The translations under genes were made by a program, and so were the position numbers. This document shows, piece after piece, positions 12,001-27,850 of a stretch of 64,000 nt of DNA. Under the pieces are notes generated by a model. The model worked only from the letters and a program-made list of their open reading frames with translations, ran no database searches and had not been told where the DNA came from. Positions within the stretch are counted from its first letter, which is position 1, and each line of letters begins with the position of its first letter. The stretch spans positions 21,762,001 through 21,826,000 of the forward strand of contig OZ059894.1 in assembly GCA_964057225.1 (NCBI GenBank). The letters run 5' to 3'. The stretch comes from Auanema rhodensis. Its lineage: Eukaryota > Animalia > Nematoda.

Positions 12001-15000
12001 ACAGATCGACGCAGCTTAAAAATCCGCATCGAATGCACTATACTACATCAAGAAACGCTTGATACAAAAATTAGTTATGTTCGTTTGAAAAATGATGCAT
12101 TAGTGTATGTTGAGTTTCCATGTACACTCAACATTGCTTCAAAAAACATTTTGACAAAAATTTTTTCGAAAAATTTCAAAATAATTTAGCAAAAAGTAGA
12201 TGTTTTTAGATTCCTTTTTTTGAGGCAAAGACGATGGACAATGTTATTCAACGAAAAAATTGATTCTTCAGGGTGAAAATCGAGGATATAAGTGTGAACT
12301 TATATCAGTTGATATCTCGGTGCATTTTTAAGCTAGCGCAAATCTGATAACACAGATCGACGCAGCTTAAAAATCCGCATCGAATGCACTATACTACATT
12401 GAGAAACGCTTAATACAAAAATTAGTTATGATCGTTTGAAAAATGATGCATTAGTGTATGTTGAGTTTCCATGTACACTCAACATTGCTTCCAAAAACAT
12501 TTTGACAAAAATTTTTTCGAAAAATTTCATAATAATTTAGCAAAAAGTAGATGTTTTTAGATTCCTGTTTTTAAGGCAAAGACGATGGACAATGTTATTC
12601 AACGAAAAAATTAATTCTTCAGGGTGAAAATCGAGGATATAAGTGTGAACTTATATCAGTTGATATCTCGGTGCATTTTGAAGCTAGCGCAAATCTGATA
12701 ACACAGATCGACGCAGCTTAAAAATCCGCATCGAATGCACTATACTACATTGAGAAACGCTTAATACAAAAATTAGTTATGATCGTTTGAAAAATGATGC
12801 ATTAGTGTATGTTGAGTTTCCATGTACACTCAACATTGCTTCAAAAAACATTTTGACAAAAATTTTTTCGAAAAATTTCATAATAATTTAGCAAAAAGTA
12901 GATGTTTTTAGATTCCTGTTTTTAAGGCAAAGACGATGGACAATGTTATTCAACGAAAAAATTAATTCTCCAGGGTGAAAATCGAGGATATAAGTGTGAA
13001 CTTATATCAGTTGATATCTCGGTGCATTTTGAAGCTAGCGCAAATTTGATAACACAGATCGACGCAGCTTAAAAATCCGCATCGAATGCACTATACTACA
13101 TTGAGAAACGCTTGATACAAAAATTAGTTATGTTCGTTTGAAAAATGATGCATTAGTGTATGTTGAGTTTCCATGTACACTCAACATTGCTTCAAAAAAC
13201 ATTTTGACAAAAATTTTTTCGAAAAATTTCAAAATAATTTAGCAAAAAGTAGATGTTTTTAGATTCCATTTTTCAAGGCAAAGACGATAGACAATGTTAT
13301 TCAACGAAAAAATTAATTCTTCAGGGTGAAAATCGAGGATATAAGTGTGAACTTATATCAGTTGATATCTCGGTGCATTTTTAAGCTAGCGCAAATCTGA
13401 TAACACAGATCGACGCAGCTTAAAAATCCGCATCGAATGCACTATACTACATCAAGAAACGCTTGATACAAAAATTAGTTATGATCGTTTGAAAAATGAT
13501 GCATTAGTGTATGTTGAGTTTCCATGTACACTCAACATTGCTTCCAAAAACATTTTGACAAAAATTTTTTCGAAAAATTTCAAAATAATTTAGCAAAAAG
13601 TAGATGTTTTTAGATTCCTTTTTTTGAGGCAAAGACGATGGACAATGTTATTCAACGAAAAAATTGATTCTTCAGGGTGAAAATCGAGGATATAAGTGTG
13701 AACTTATATCAGTTGATATCTCGGTGCATTTTTAAGCTAGCGCAAATCTGATAACACAGATCGACGCAGCTTAAAAATCCGCATCGAATGCACTATACTA
13801 CATTGAGAAACGCTTAATACAAAAATTAGTTATGATCGTTTGAAAAATGATGCATTAGTGTATGTTGAGTTTCCATGTACACTCAACATTGCTTCCAAAA
13901 ACATTTTGACAAAAATTTTTTCGAAAAATTTCATAATAATTTAGCAAAAAGTAGATGTTTTTAGATTCCTGTTTTTAAGGCAAAGACGATGGACAATGTT
14001 ATTCAACGAAAAAATTAATTCTTCAGGGTGAAAATCGAGGATATAAGTGTGAACTTATATCAGTTGATATCTCGGTGCATTTTGAAGCTAGCGCAAATCT
14101 GTAAACACAGATCGACGCAGCTTAAAAATCCGCATCGAATGCACTATACTACATCAAGAAACGCTTGATACAAAAATTAGTTATGATCGTTTGAAAAATG
14201 ATGCATTAGTGTATGTTGAGTTTCCATGTACACTCAACATTGCTTCCAAAAACATTTTGACAAAAATTTTTTCGAAAAATTTCAAAATAATTTAGCAAAA
14301 AGTAGATGTTTTTAGATTCCTTTTTTTGAGGCAAAGACGATGGACAATGTTATTCAACGAAAAAATTGATTCTTCAGGGTGAAAATCGAGGATATAAGTG
14401 TGAACTTATATCAGTTGATATCTCGGTGCATTTTTAAGCTAGCGCAAATCTGATAACACAGATCGACGCAGCTTAAAAATCCGCATCGAATGCACTATAC
14501 TACATTGAGAAACGCTTAATACAAAAATTAGTTATGTTCGTTTGAAAAATGATGCATTAGTGTATGTTGAGTTTCCATGTACACTCAACATTGCTTCCAA
14601 AAACATTTTGACAAAACTTTTTTCGAAAAATTTCAAAATAATTTAGCAAAAAGTAGATGTTTTTAGATTCCTTTTTTCAAGGCAAAGACGATGGACAATG
14701 TTATTCAACGAAAAAATTAATTCTTCAGGGTGAAAATCGAGGATATAAGTGTGAACTTATATCAGTTGATATCTCGGTGCATTTTTAAGCTAGCGCAAAT
14801 CTGATAACACAGATCGACGCAGCTTAAAAATCCGCATCGAATGCACTATACTACATTGAGAAACGTTTGATACAAAAATTAGTTATGATCGTTTGAAAAA
14901 TGATGCATTAGTGTATGTTGAGTTTCCATGTACACTCAACATTGCTTCCAAAAACATTTTGACAAAAATTTTTTCGAAAAATTTCAAAATAATTTAGCAA

Positions 15001-18000
15001 AAAGTAGATGTTTTTAGATTCCTTTTTTTGAGGCAAAGACGATGGACAATGTTATTCAACGAAAAAATTAATTCTTCAGGGTGAAAATCGAGGATATAAG
15101 TGTGAACTTATATCAGTTGATATCTCGGTGCATTTTTAAGCTAGCGCAAATCTGATAACACAGATCGACGCAGCTTAAAAATCCGCATCGAATGCACTAT
15201 ACTACATTGAGAAACGCTTAATACACAAATTAGTTATGATCGTTTGAAAAATGATGCATTAGTGTATGTTGAGTTTCCATGTACACTCAACATTGCTTCC
15301 AAAAACATTTTGACAAAAATTTTTTCGAAAAATTTCAAAATAATTCAGCAAAAAGTAGATGTTTTTAGATTCCTTTTTTCAAGGCAAAGACGATGGACAA
15401 TGTTATTCAACGAAAAAATTAATTCTTCAGGGTGAAAATCGAGGATATAAGTGTGAACTTATATCAGTTGATATCTCGGTGCATTTTTAAGCTAGCGCAA
15501 ATCTGATAACACAGATCGACGCAGCTTAAAAATCCGCATCGAATGCACTATACTACATTGAGAAACGTTTGATACAAAAATTAGTTATGATCGTTTGAAA
15601 AATGATGCATTAGTGTATGTTGAGTTTCCATGTACACTCAACATTGCTTCCAAAAACATTTTGACAAAAATTTTTTCGAAAAATTTCAAAATAATTTAGC
15701 AAAAAGTAGATGTTTTTAGATTCCTTTTTTTAAGGCAAAGACGATGGACAATGTTATTCAACGAAAAAATTAATTCTTCAGGGTGAAAATCGAGGATATA
15801 AGTGTGAACTTATATCAGTTGATATCTCGGTGCATTTTTAAGCTAGCGCAAATCTGATAACACAGATCGACGCAGCTTAAAAATCCGCATCAAATGCACA
15901 ATACTACATTGAGAAACGTTTGATACAAAAATTAGTTATGATCGTTTGAAAAATGATGCATTAGTGTATGTTGAGTTTCCATGTACACTCAACATTGCTT
16001 CCAAAAACATTTTGACAAAAATTTTTTCGAAAAATTTCAAAATAATTCAGCAAAAAGTAGATGTTTTTAGATTCCTTTTTTCAAGGCAAAGACGATGGAC
16101 AATGTTATTCAACGAAAAAATTAATTCTTCATGGTGAAAATCGAGGATATAAGTGTGAACTTATATCAGTTGATATCTCGGTGCATTTTTAAGCTAGCGC
16201 AAATCTGATAACACAGATCGACGCAGCTTAAAAATCCGCATCGAATGCACTATACTACATTGAGAAACGCTTAATACAAAAATTAGTTATGATCGTTTGA
16301 AAAATGATGCATTAGTGTATGTTGAGTTTCCATGTACACTCAACATTGCTTCCAAAAACATTTTGACAAAAATTTTTTCGAAAAATTTCATAATAATTTA
16401 GCAAAAAGTAGATGTTTTTAGATTCCTGTTTTTAAGGCAAAGACGATGGACAATGTTATTCAACGAAAAAATTAATTCTTCAGGGTGAAAATCGAGGATA
16501 TAAGTGTGAACTTATATCAGTTGATATCTCGGTGCATTTTTAAGCTAGCGCAAATTTGATAACACAGATCGACGCAGCTTAAAAATCCGCATCGAATGCA
16601 CTATACTACATTGAGAAACGCTTGATACAAAAATTAGTTATGTTCGTTTGAAAAATGATGCATTAGTGTATGTTGAGTTTCCATGTACACTCAACATTGC
16701 TTCAAAAAACATTTTGACAAAAATTTTTTCGAAAAATTTCAAAATAATTTAGCAAAAAGTAGATGTTTTTAGATTCCTTTTTTTGAGGCAAAGACGATGG
16801 ACAATGTTATTCAACGAAAAAATTGATTCTTCAGGGTGAAAATCGAGGATATAAGTGTGAACTTATATCAGTTGATATCTCGGTGCATTTTTAAGCTAGC
16901 GCAAATCTGATAACACAGATCGACGCAGCTTAAAAATCCGCATCGAATGCACTATACTACATTGAGAAACGCTTAATACAAAAATTAGTTATGATCGTTT
17001 GAAAAATGATGCATTAGTGTATGTTGAGTTTCCATGTACACTCAACATTGCTTCCAAAAACATTTTGACAAAAATTTTTTCGAAAAATTTCATAATAATT
17101 TAGCAAAAAGTAGATGTTTTTAGATTCCTGTTTTTAAGGCAAAGACGATGGACAATGTTATTCAACGAAAAAATTAATTCTTCAGGGTGAAAATCGAGGA
17201 TATAAGTGTGAACTTATATCAGTTGATATCTCGGTGCATTTTGAAGCTAGCGCAAATTTGATAACACAGATCGACGCAGCTTAAAAATCCGCATCGAATG
17301 CACTATACTACATTGAGAAACGCTTGATACAAAAATTAGTTATGTTCGTTTGAAAAATGATGCATTAGTGTATGTTGAGTTTCCATGTACACTCAACATT
17401 GCTTCAAAAAACATTTTGACAAAAATTTTTTCGAAAAATTTCAAAATAATTTAGCAAAAAGTAGATGTTTTTAGATTCCATTTTTCAAGGCAAAGACGAT
17501 AGACAATGTTATTCAACGAAAAAATTAATTCTTCAGGGTGAAAATCGAGGATATAAGTGTGAACTTATATCAGTTGATATCTCGGTGCATTTTTAAGCTA
17601 GCGCAAATCTGATAACACAGATCGACGCAGCTTAAAAATCCGCATCGAATGCACTATACTACATCAAGAAACGCTTGATACAAAAATTAGTTATGATCGT
17701 TTGAAAAATGATGCATTAGTGTATGTTGAGTTTCCATGTACACTCAACATTGCTTCCAAAAACATTTTGACAAAAATTTTTTCGAAAAATTTCAAAATAT
17801 TTTAGCAAAAAGTAGATGTTTTTAGATTCCTGTTTTTAAGGCAAAGACGATGGACAATGTTATTCAACGAAAAAATTAATTCTTCAGGGTGAAAATCGAG
17901 GATGTAAGTGTGAACTTATATCAGTTGATATCTCGGTGCATTTTTAAGCTAGCGCAAATCTGATAACACAGATCGACGCAGCTTAAAAATCCGCATCGAA

Positions 18001-20570
18001 TGCACTATACTACATCAAGAAACGCTTGATACAAAAATTAGTTATGTTCGTTTGAAAAATGATGCATTAGTGTATGTTGAGTTTCCATGTACACTCAACA
18101 TTGCTTCAAAAAACATTTTGACAAAAATTTTTTCGAAAAATTTCAAAATAATTTAGCAAAAAGTAGATGTTTTTAGATTCCTTTTTTTGAGGCAAAGACG
18201 ATGGACAATGTTATTCAACGAAAAAATTGATTCTTCAGGGTGAAAATCGAGGATATAAGTGTGAACTTATATCAGTTGATATCTCGGTGCATTTTTAAGC
18301 TAGCGCAAATCTGATAACACAGATCGACGCAGCTTAAAAATCCGCATCGAATGCACTATACTACATTGAGAAACGCTTAATACAAAAATTAGTTATGATC
18401 GTTTGAAAAATGATGCATTAGTGTATGTTGAGTTTCCATGTACACTCAACATTGCTTCCAAAAACATTTTGACAAAAATTTTTTCGAAAAATTTCATAAT
18501 AATTTAGCAAAAAGTAGATGTTTTTAGATTCCTGTTTTTAAGGCAAAGACGATGGACAATGTTATTCAACGAAAAAATTAATTCTTCAGGGTGAAAATCG
18601 AGGATATAAGTGTGAACTTATATCAGTTGATATCTCGGTGCATTTTGAAGCTAGCGCAAATCTGATAACACAGATCGACGCAGCTTAAAAATCCGCATCG
18701 AATGCACTATACTACATTGAGAAACGCTTAATACAAAAATTAGTTATGATCGTTTGAAAAATGATGCATTAGTGTATGTTGAGTTTCCATGTACACTCAA
18801 CATTGCTTCAAAAAACATTTTGACAAAAATTTTTTCGAAAAATTTCATAATAATTTAGCAAAAAGTAGATGTTTTTAGATTCCTGTTTTTAAGGCAAAGA
18901 CGATGGACAATGTTATTCAACGAAAAAATTAATTCTCCAGGGTGAAAATCGAGGATATAAGTGTGAACTTATATCAGTTGATATCTCGGTGCATTTTGAA
19001 GCTAGCGCAAATTTGATAACACAGATCGACGCAGCTTAAAAATCCGCATCGAATGCACTATACTACATTGAGAAACGCTTGATACAAAAATTAGTTATGT
19101 TCGTTTGAAAAATGATGCATTAGTGTATGTTGAGTTTCCATGTACACTCAACATTGCTTCAAAAAACATTTTGACAAAAATTTTTTCGAAAAATTTCAAA
19201 ATAATTTAGCAAAAAGTAGATGTTTTTAGATTCCATTTTTCAAGGCAAAGACGATAGACAATGTTATTCAACGAAAAAATTAATTCTTCAGGGTGAAAAT
19301 CGAGGATATAAGTGTGAACTTATATCAGTTGATATCTCGGTGCATTTTTAAGCTAGCGCAAATCTGATAACACAGATCGACGCAGCTTAAAAATCCGCAT
19401 CGAATGCACTATACTACATCAAGAAACGCTTGATACAAAAATTAGTTATGATCGTTTGAAAAATGATGCATTAGTGTATGTTGAGTTTCCATGTACACTC
19501 AACATTGCTTCCAAAAACATTTTGACAAAAATTTTTTCGAAAAATTTCAAAATAATTTAGCAAAAAGTAGATGTTTTTAGATTCCTTTTTTTGAGGCAAA
19601 GACGATGGACAATGTTATTCAACGAAAAAATTGATTCTTCAGGGTGAAAATCGAGGATATAAGTGTGAACTTATATCAGTTGATATCTCGGTGCATTTTT
19701 AAGCTAGCGCAAATCTGATAACACAGATCGACGCAGCTTAAAAATCCGCATCGAATGCACTATACTACATTGAGAAACGCTTAATACAAAAATTAGTTAT
19801 GATCGTTTGAAAAATGATGCATTAGTGTATGTTGAGTTTCCATGTACACTCAACATTGCTTCCAAAAACATTTTGACAAAAATTTTTTCGAAAAATTTCA
19901 TAATAATTTAGCAAAAAGTAGATGTTTTTAGATTCCTGTTTTTAAGGCAAAGACGATGGACAATGTTATTCAACGAAAAAATTAATTCTTCAGGGTGAAA
20001 ATCGAGGATATAAGTGTGAACTTATATCAGTTGATATCTCGGTGCATTTTGAAGCTAGCGCAAATCTGATAACACAGATCGACGCAGCTTAAAAATCCGC
20101 ATCGAATGCACTATACTACATCAAGAAACGCTTGATACAAAAATTAGTTATGATCGTTTGAAAAATGATGCATTAGTGTATGTTGAGTTTCCATGTACAC
20201 TCAACATTGCTTCCAAAAACATTTTGACAAAAATTTTTTCGAAAAATTTCAAAATAATTTAGCAAAAAGTAGATGTTTTTAGATTCCTTTTTTTGAGGCA
20301 AAGACGATGGACAATGTTATTCAACGAAAAAATTGATTCTTCAGGGTGAAAATCGAGGATATAAGTGTGAACTTATATCAGTTGATATCTCGGTGCATTT
20401 TTAAGCTAGCGCAAATCTGATAACACAGATCGACGCAGCTTAAAAATCCGCATCGAATGCACTATACTACATTGAGAAACGCTTAATACAAAAATTAGTT
20501 ATGTTCGTTTGAAAAATGATGCATTAGTGTATGTTGAGTTTCCATGTACACTCAACATTGCTTCCAAAAA
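9100..20570 (+). repeat. Tandem duplication with a 17-monomer (5967-bp) period
   Basis: Private variants pair at an offset of 5967: CATCAAATGCACAAT (~9921/~15888), TTCATGGTGA (~10161/~16128), AAAATATTTTAG (~11827/~17794), TTCTCCAGG (~12966/~18933). ORF pairs 9277/15244 and 9979/15946 share the offset. Boundaries are approximate. Confidence 0.88.
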
Positions 20571-23500
20571 CATTTTGACAAAAATTTTTTCGAAAAATTT
20601 CATAATAATTTAGCAAAAAGTAGATGTTTTTAGATTCCTTTTTTTGAGGCAAAGACGATGGACAATGTTATTCAACGAAAAAATTGATTCTTCAGGGTGA
20701 AAATCGAGGATATAAGTGTGAACTTATATCAGTTGATATCTCGGTGCATTTTTAAGCTAGCGCAAATCTGATAACACAGATCGACGCAGCTTAAAAATCC
20801 GCATCGAATGCACTATACTACATTGAGAAACGCTTAATACAAAAATTAGTTATGTTCGTTTGAAAAATGATGCATTAGTGTATGTTGAGTTTCCATGTAC
20901 ACTCAACATTGCTTCCAAAAACATTTTGACAAAAATTTTTTCGAAAAATTTCATAATAATTTAGCAAAAAGTAGATGTTTTTAGATTCCTGTTTTTAAGG
21001 CAAAGACGATGGACAATGTTATTCAACGAAAAAATTAATTCTTCAGGGTGAAAATCGAGGATATAAGTGTGAACTTATATCAGTTGATATCTCGGTGCAT
21101 TTTGAAGCTAGCGCAATTCTGATAGCACAGATCGACGCAGCTTAAAAATCCGCATCGAATGCACTATACTACATCAAGAAACGCTTGATACAAAAATTAG
21201 TTATGATCGTTTGAAAAATGATGCATTAGTGTATGTTGAGTTTCCATGTACACTCAACATTGCTTCCAAAAACATTTTGACAAAAATTTTTTCGAAAAAT
21301 TTCAAAATAATTTAGCAAAAAGTAGATGTTTTTAGATTCCTTTTTTTGAGGCAAAGACGATGGACAATGTTATTCAACGAAAAAATTGATTCTTCAGGGT
21401 GAAAATCGAGGATATAAGTGTGAACTTATATCAGTTGATATCTCGGTGCATTTTTAAGCTAGCGCAAATCTGATAACACAGATCGACGCAGCTTAAAAAT
21501 CCGCATCGAATGCACTATACTACATTGAGAAACGCTTAATACAAAAATTAGTTATGATCGTTTGAAAAATGATGCATTAGTGTATGTTGAGTTTCCATGT
21601 ACACTCAACATTGCTTCCAAAAACATTTTGACAAAAATTTTTTCGAAAAATTTCATAATAATTTAGCAAAAAGTAGATGTTTTTAGATTCCTGTTTTTAA
21701 GGCAAAGACGATGGACAATGTTATTCAACGAAAAAATTAATTCTTCAGGGTGAAAATCGAGGATATAAGTGTGAACTTATATCAGTTGATATCTCGGTGC
21801 ATTTTGAAGCTAGCGCAAATCTGATAACACAGATCGACGCAGCTTAAAAATCCGCATCGAATGCACTATACTACATTGAGAAACGCTTAATACAAAAATT
21901 AGTTATGATCGTTTGAAAAATGATGCATTAGTGTATGTTGAGTTTCCATGTACACTCAACATTGCTTCAAAAAACATTTTGACAAAAATTTTTTCGAAAA
22001 ATTTCATAATAATTTAGCAAAAAGTAGATGTTTTTAGATTCCTGTTTTTAAGGCAAAGACGATGGACAATGTTATTCAACGAAAAAATTAATTCTTCAGG
22101 GTGAAAATCGAGGATATAAGTGTGAACTTATATCAGTTGATATCTCGGTGCATTTTGAAGCTAGCGCAAATTTGATAACACAGATCGACGCAGCTTAAAA
22201 ATCCGCATCGAATGCACTATACTACATTGAGAAACGCTTGATACAAAAATTAGTTATGATCGTTTGAAAAATGATGCATTAGTGTATGTTGAGTTTCCAT
22301 GTACACTCAACATTGCTTCCAAAAACATTTTGACAAAAATTTTTTCGAAAAATTTCATAATAATTTAGCAAAAAGTAGATGTTTTTAGATTCCTGTTTTT
22401 AAGGCAAAGACGATGGACAATGTTATTCAACGAAAAAATTAATTCTTCAGGGTGAAAATCGAGGATATAAGTGTGAACTTATATCAGTTGATATCTCGGT
22501 GCATTTTTAAGCTAGCGCAAATTTGATAACACAGATCGACGCAGCTTAAAAATCCGCATCGAATGCACTATACTACATTGAGAAACGCTTGATACAAAAA
22601 TTAGTTATGTTCGTTTGAAAAATGATGCATTAGTGTATGTTGAGTTTCCATGTACACTCAACATTGCTTCAAAAAACATTTTGACAAAAATTTTTTCGAA
22701 AAATTTCAAAATAATTTAGCAAAAAGTAGATGTTTTTAGATTCCTTTTTTTAAGGCAAAGACGATGGACAATGTTATTCAACGAAAAAATTAATTCTTCA
22801 GGGTGAAAATCGAGGATATAAGTGTGAACTTATATCAGTTGATATCTCGGTGCATTTTTAAGCTAGCGCAAATTTGATAACACAGATCGACGCAGCTTAA
22901 AAATCCGCATCGAATGCACTATACTACATTGAGAAACGCTTGATACAAAAATTAGTTATGTTCGTTTGAAAAATGATGCATTAGTGTATGTTGAGTTTCC
23001 ATGTACACTCAACATTGCTTCAAAAAACATTTTGACAAAAATTTTTTCGAAAAATTTCAAAATAATTTAGCAAAAAGTAGATGTTTTTAGATTCCATTTT
23101 TCAAGGCAAAGACGATAGACAATGTTATTCAACGAAAAAATTAATTCTTCAGGGTGAAAATCGAGGATATAAGTGTGAACTTATATCAGTTGATATCTCG
23201 GTGCATTTTTAAGCTAGCGCAAATCTGATAACACAGATCGACGCAGCTTAAAAATCCGCATCGAATGCACTATACAACATTGAGAAACGCTTAATACAAA
23301 AATTAGTTATGTTCGTTTGAAAAATGATGCATTAGTGTATGTTGAGTTTCCATGTACACTCAACATTGCTTCAAAAAACATTTTGACAAAAATTTTTTCG
23401 AAAAATTTCAAAATAATTTAGCAAAAAGTAGATGTTTTTAGATTCCATTTTTCAAGGCAAAGACGATAGACAATGTTATTCAACGAAAAAATTAATTCTT

Positions 23501-24999
23501 CAGGGTGAAAATCGAGGATATAAGTGTGAACTTATATCAGTTGATATCTCGGTGCATTTTTAAGCTAGCGCAAATCTGATAACACAGATCGACGCAGCTT
23601 AAAAATCCGCATCGAATGCACTATACTACATCAAGAAACGCTTGATACAAAAATTAGTTATGATCGTTTGAAAAATGATGCATTAGTGTATGTTGAGTTT
23701 CCATGTACACTCAACATTGCTTCCAAAAACATTTTGACAAAAATTTTTTCGAAAAATTTCAAAATAATTTAGCAAAAAGTAGATGTTTTTAGATTCCATT
23801 TTTCAAGGCAAAGACGATAGACAATGTTATTCAACGAAAAAATTAATTCTTCAGGGTGAAAATCGAGGATATAAGTGTGAACTTATATCAGTTGATATCT
23901 CGGTGCATTTTTAAGCTAGCGCAAATCTGATAACACAGATCGACGCAGCTTGAAAAACCGCATCGAATGCACTATACTACATTAAGAAACGCTTAATACA
24001 AAAATTAGTTATGATCGTTTGAAAAATGATGCATTAGTGTATGTTGAGTTTCCATGTACACTCAACATTGCTTCCAAAAACATTTTGACAAAAATTTTTT
24101 CGAAAAATTTCAAAATAATTTAGCAAAAAGTAGATGTTTTTAGATTCCATTTTTCAAGGCAAAGACGATAGACAATGTTATTCAACGAAAAAATTAATTC
24201 TTCAGGGTGAAAATCGAGGATATAAGTGTGAACTTATATCAGTTGATATCTCGGTGCATTTTTAAGCTAGCGCAAATCTGATAACACAGATCGACGCAGC
24301 TTAAAAATCCGCATCGAATGCACTATACAACATTGAGAAACGCTTAATACAAAAATTAGTTATGATCGTTTGAAAAATGATGCATTAGTGTGTGTTGAGT
24401 TTCCATGTACACTCAACATTGCTTCCAAAAACATTTTGACAAAAATTTTTTCGAAAAATATCAAAATAATTTAGCAAAAAGTAGATGTTTTTAGATTCCA
24501 TTTTTCAAGGCAAAGACGATAGACAAGGTTATTCAACGAAAAAATTAATTCTTCAGGGTGAAAATCGAGGATATAAGTGTGAACTTATATCAGTTGATAT
24601 CTCGGTGCATTTTTAAGCTAGCGCAAATCTGATAACACAGATCGACGCAGCTTGAAAAACCGCATCGAATGCACTATACTACATTAAGAAACGCTTAATA
24701 CAAAAATTAGTTATGATCGTTTGAAAAATGATGCATTAGTGTATGTTGAGTTTCCATGTACACTCAACATTGCTTCCAAAAACATTTTGACAAAAATTTT
24801 TTCGAAAAATTTCATAATAATTTAGCAAAAAGTAGATGTTTTTAGATTCCTGTTTTTAAGGCAAAGACGATGGACAATGTTATTCAACGAAAAAATTAAT
24901 TCTTCAGGGTGAAAATCGAGGATATAAGTGTGAACTTATATCAGTTGATATCTCGGTGCATTTTTAAGCTAGCGCAAATTTGATAACACAGATCGACGC

Positions 25000-27850
25000 A
25001 GCTTAAAAATCCGCATCGAATGCACTATACTACATTGAGAAACGCTTGATACAAAAATTAGTTATGTTCGTTTGAAAAATGATGCATTAGTGTATGTTGA
25101 GTTTCCATGTACACTCAACATTGCTTCAAAAAACATTTTGACAAAAATTTTTTCGAAAAATTTCAAAATAATTTAGCAAAAAGTAGATGTTTTTAGATTC
25201 CTTTTTTTAAGGCAAAGACGATGGACAATGTTATTCAACGAAAAAATTAATTCTTCAGGGTGAAAATCGAGGATATAAGTGTAAACTTATATCAGTTGAT
25301 ATCTCGGTGCATTTTTAAGCTAGCGCAAATCTGATAACACAGATCGACGCAGCTTAAAAATCCGCATCGAATGCACTATACTACATTGAGAAACGCTTAA
25401 TACACAAATTAGTTATGATCGTTTGAAAAATGATGCATTAGTGTATGTTGAGTTTCCATGTACACTCAACATTGCTTCCAAAAACATTTTGACAAAAATT
25501 TTTTCGAAAAATTTCAAAATAATTTAGCAAAAAGTAGATGTTTTTAGATTCCTTTTTTTAAGGCAAAGACGATGGACAATGTTATTCAACGAAAAAATTA
25601 ATTCTTCAGGGTGAAAATCGAGGATATAAGTGTGAACTTATATCAGTTGATATCTCGGTGCATTTTTAAGCTAGCGCAAATCTGATAACACAGATCGACG
25701 CAGCTTGAAAAACCGCATCGAATGCACTATACTACATTGAGAAACGCTTAATACAAAAATTAGTTATGATCGTTTGAAAAATGATGCATTAGTGTATGTT
25801 GAGTTTCCATGTACACTCAACATTGCTTCCAAAAACATTTTGACAAAAATTTTTTCGAAAAATTTCAAAATAATTTAGCAAAAAGTAGATGTTTTTAGAT
25901 TCCATTTTTCAAGGCAAAGACGATAGACAATGTTATTCAACGAAAAAATTAATTCTTCAGGGTGAAAATCGAGGATATAAGTGTGAACTTATATCAGTTG
26001 ATATCTCGGTGCATTTTTAAGCTAGCGCAAATCTGATAACACAGATCGACGCAGCTTAAAAATCCGCATCGAATGCACTATACAACATTGAGAAACGCTT
26101 AATACAAAAATTAGTTATGATCGTTTGAAAAATGATGCATTAGTGTGTGTTGAGTTTCCATGTACACTCAACATTGCTTCCAAAAACATTTTGACAAAAA
26201 TTTTTTCGAAAAATTTCAAAATAATTTAGCAAAAAGTAGATGTTTTTAGATTCCATTTTTCAAGGCAAAGACGATAGACAAGGTTATTCAACGAAAAAAT
26301 TAATTCTTCAGGGTGAAAATCGAGGATATAAGTGTGAACTTATATCAGTTGATATCTCGGTGCATTTTTAAGCTAGCGCAAATCTGATAACACAGATCGA
26401 CGCAGCTTAAAAATCCGCATCGAATGCACTATACTACATTGAGAAACGCTTGATACAAAAATTAGTTATGTTCGTTTGAAAAATGATGCATTAGTGTATG
26501 TTGAGTTTCCATGTACACTCAACATTGCTTCAAAAAACATTTTGACAAAAATTTTTTCGAAAAATTTCAAAATAATTTAGCAAAAAGTAGATGTTTTTAG
26601 ATTCCTTTTTTTAAGGCAAAGACGATGGACAATGTTATTCAACGAAAAAATTAATTCTTCAGGGTGAAAATCGAGGATATAAGTGTAAACTTATATCAGT
26701 TGATATCTCGGTGCATTTTTAAGCTAGCGCAAATCTGATAACACAGATCGACGCAGCTTAAAAATCCGCATCGAATGCACTATACTACATTGAGAAACGC
26801 TTAATACACAAATTAGTTATGATCGTTTGAAAAATGATGCATTAGTGTATGTTGAGTTTCCATGTACACTCAACATTGCTTCCAAAAACATTTTGACAAA
26901 AATTTTTTCGAAAAATTTCAAAATAATTTAGCAAAAAGTAGATGTTTTTAGATTCCTTTTTTTAAGGCAAAGACGATGGACAATGTTATTCAACGAAAAA
27001 ATTAATTCTTCAGGGTGAAAATCGAGGATATAAGTGTGAACTTATATCAGTTGATATCTCGGTGCATTTTTAAGCTAGCGCAAATCTGATAACACAGATC
27101 GACGCAGCTTGAAAAACCGCATCGAATGCACTATACTACATTGAGAAACGCTTAATACAAAAATTAGTTATGATCGTTTGAAAAATGATGCATTAGTGTA
27201 TGTTGAGTTTCCATGTACACTCAACATTGCTTCCAAAAACATTTTGACAAAAATTTTTTCGAAAAATTTCAAAATAATTTAGCAAAAAGTAGATGTTTTT
27301 AGATTCCATTTTTCAAGGCAAAGACGATAGACAATGTTATTCAACGAAAAAATTAATTCTTCAGGGTGAAAATCGAGGATATAAGTGTGAACTTATATCA
27401 GTTGATATCTCGGTGCATTTTTAAGCTAGCGCAAATCTGATAACACAGATCGACGCAGCTTAAAAATCCGCATCGAATGCACTATACAACATTGAGAAAC
27501 GCTTAATACAAAAATTAGTTATGATCGTTTGAAAAATGATGCATTAGTGTGTGTTGAGTTTCCATGTACACTCAACATTGCTTCCAAAAACATTTTGACA
27601 AAAATTTTTTCGAAAAATTTCAAAATAATTTAGCAAAAAGTAGATGTTTTTAGATTCCATTTTTCAAGGCAAAGACGATAGACAAGGTTATTCAACGAAA
27701 AAATTAATTCTTCAGGGTGAAAATCGAGGATATAAGTGTGAACTTATATCAGTTGATATCTCGGTGCATTTTTAAGCTAGCGCAAATCTGATAACACAGA
27801 TCGACGCAGCTTAAAAATCCGCATCGAATGCACTATACTACATTGAGAAA
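25000..27850 (+). repeat. 4-monomer (1404-bp) tandem duplication
   Basis: Markers GTGTAAAC (~25279/~26683), CTTGAAAAACCG (~25704/~27108), ATACAACA (~26080/~27484) and GACAAGGTT (~26277/~27681) are all offset by 1404. Confidence 0.8.
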
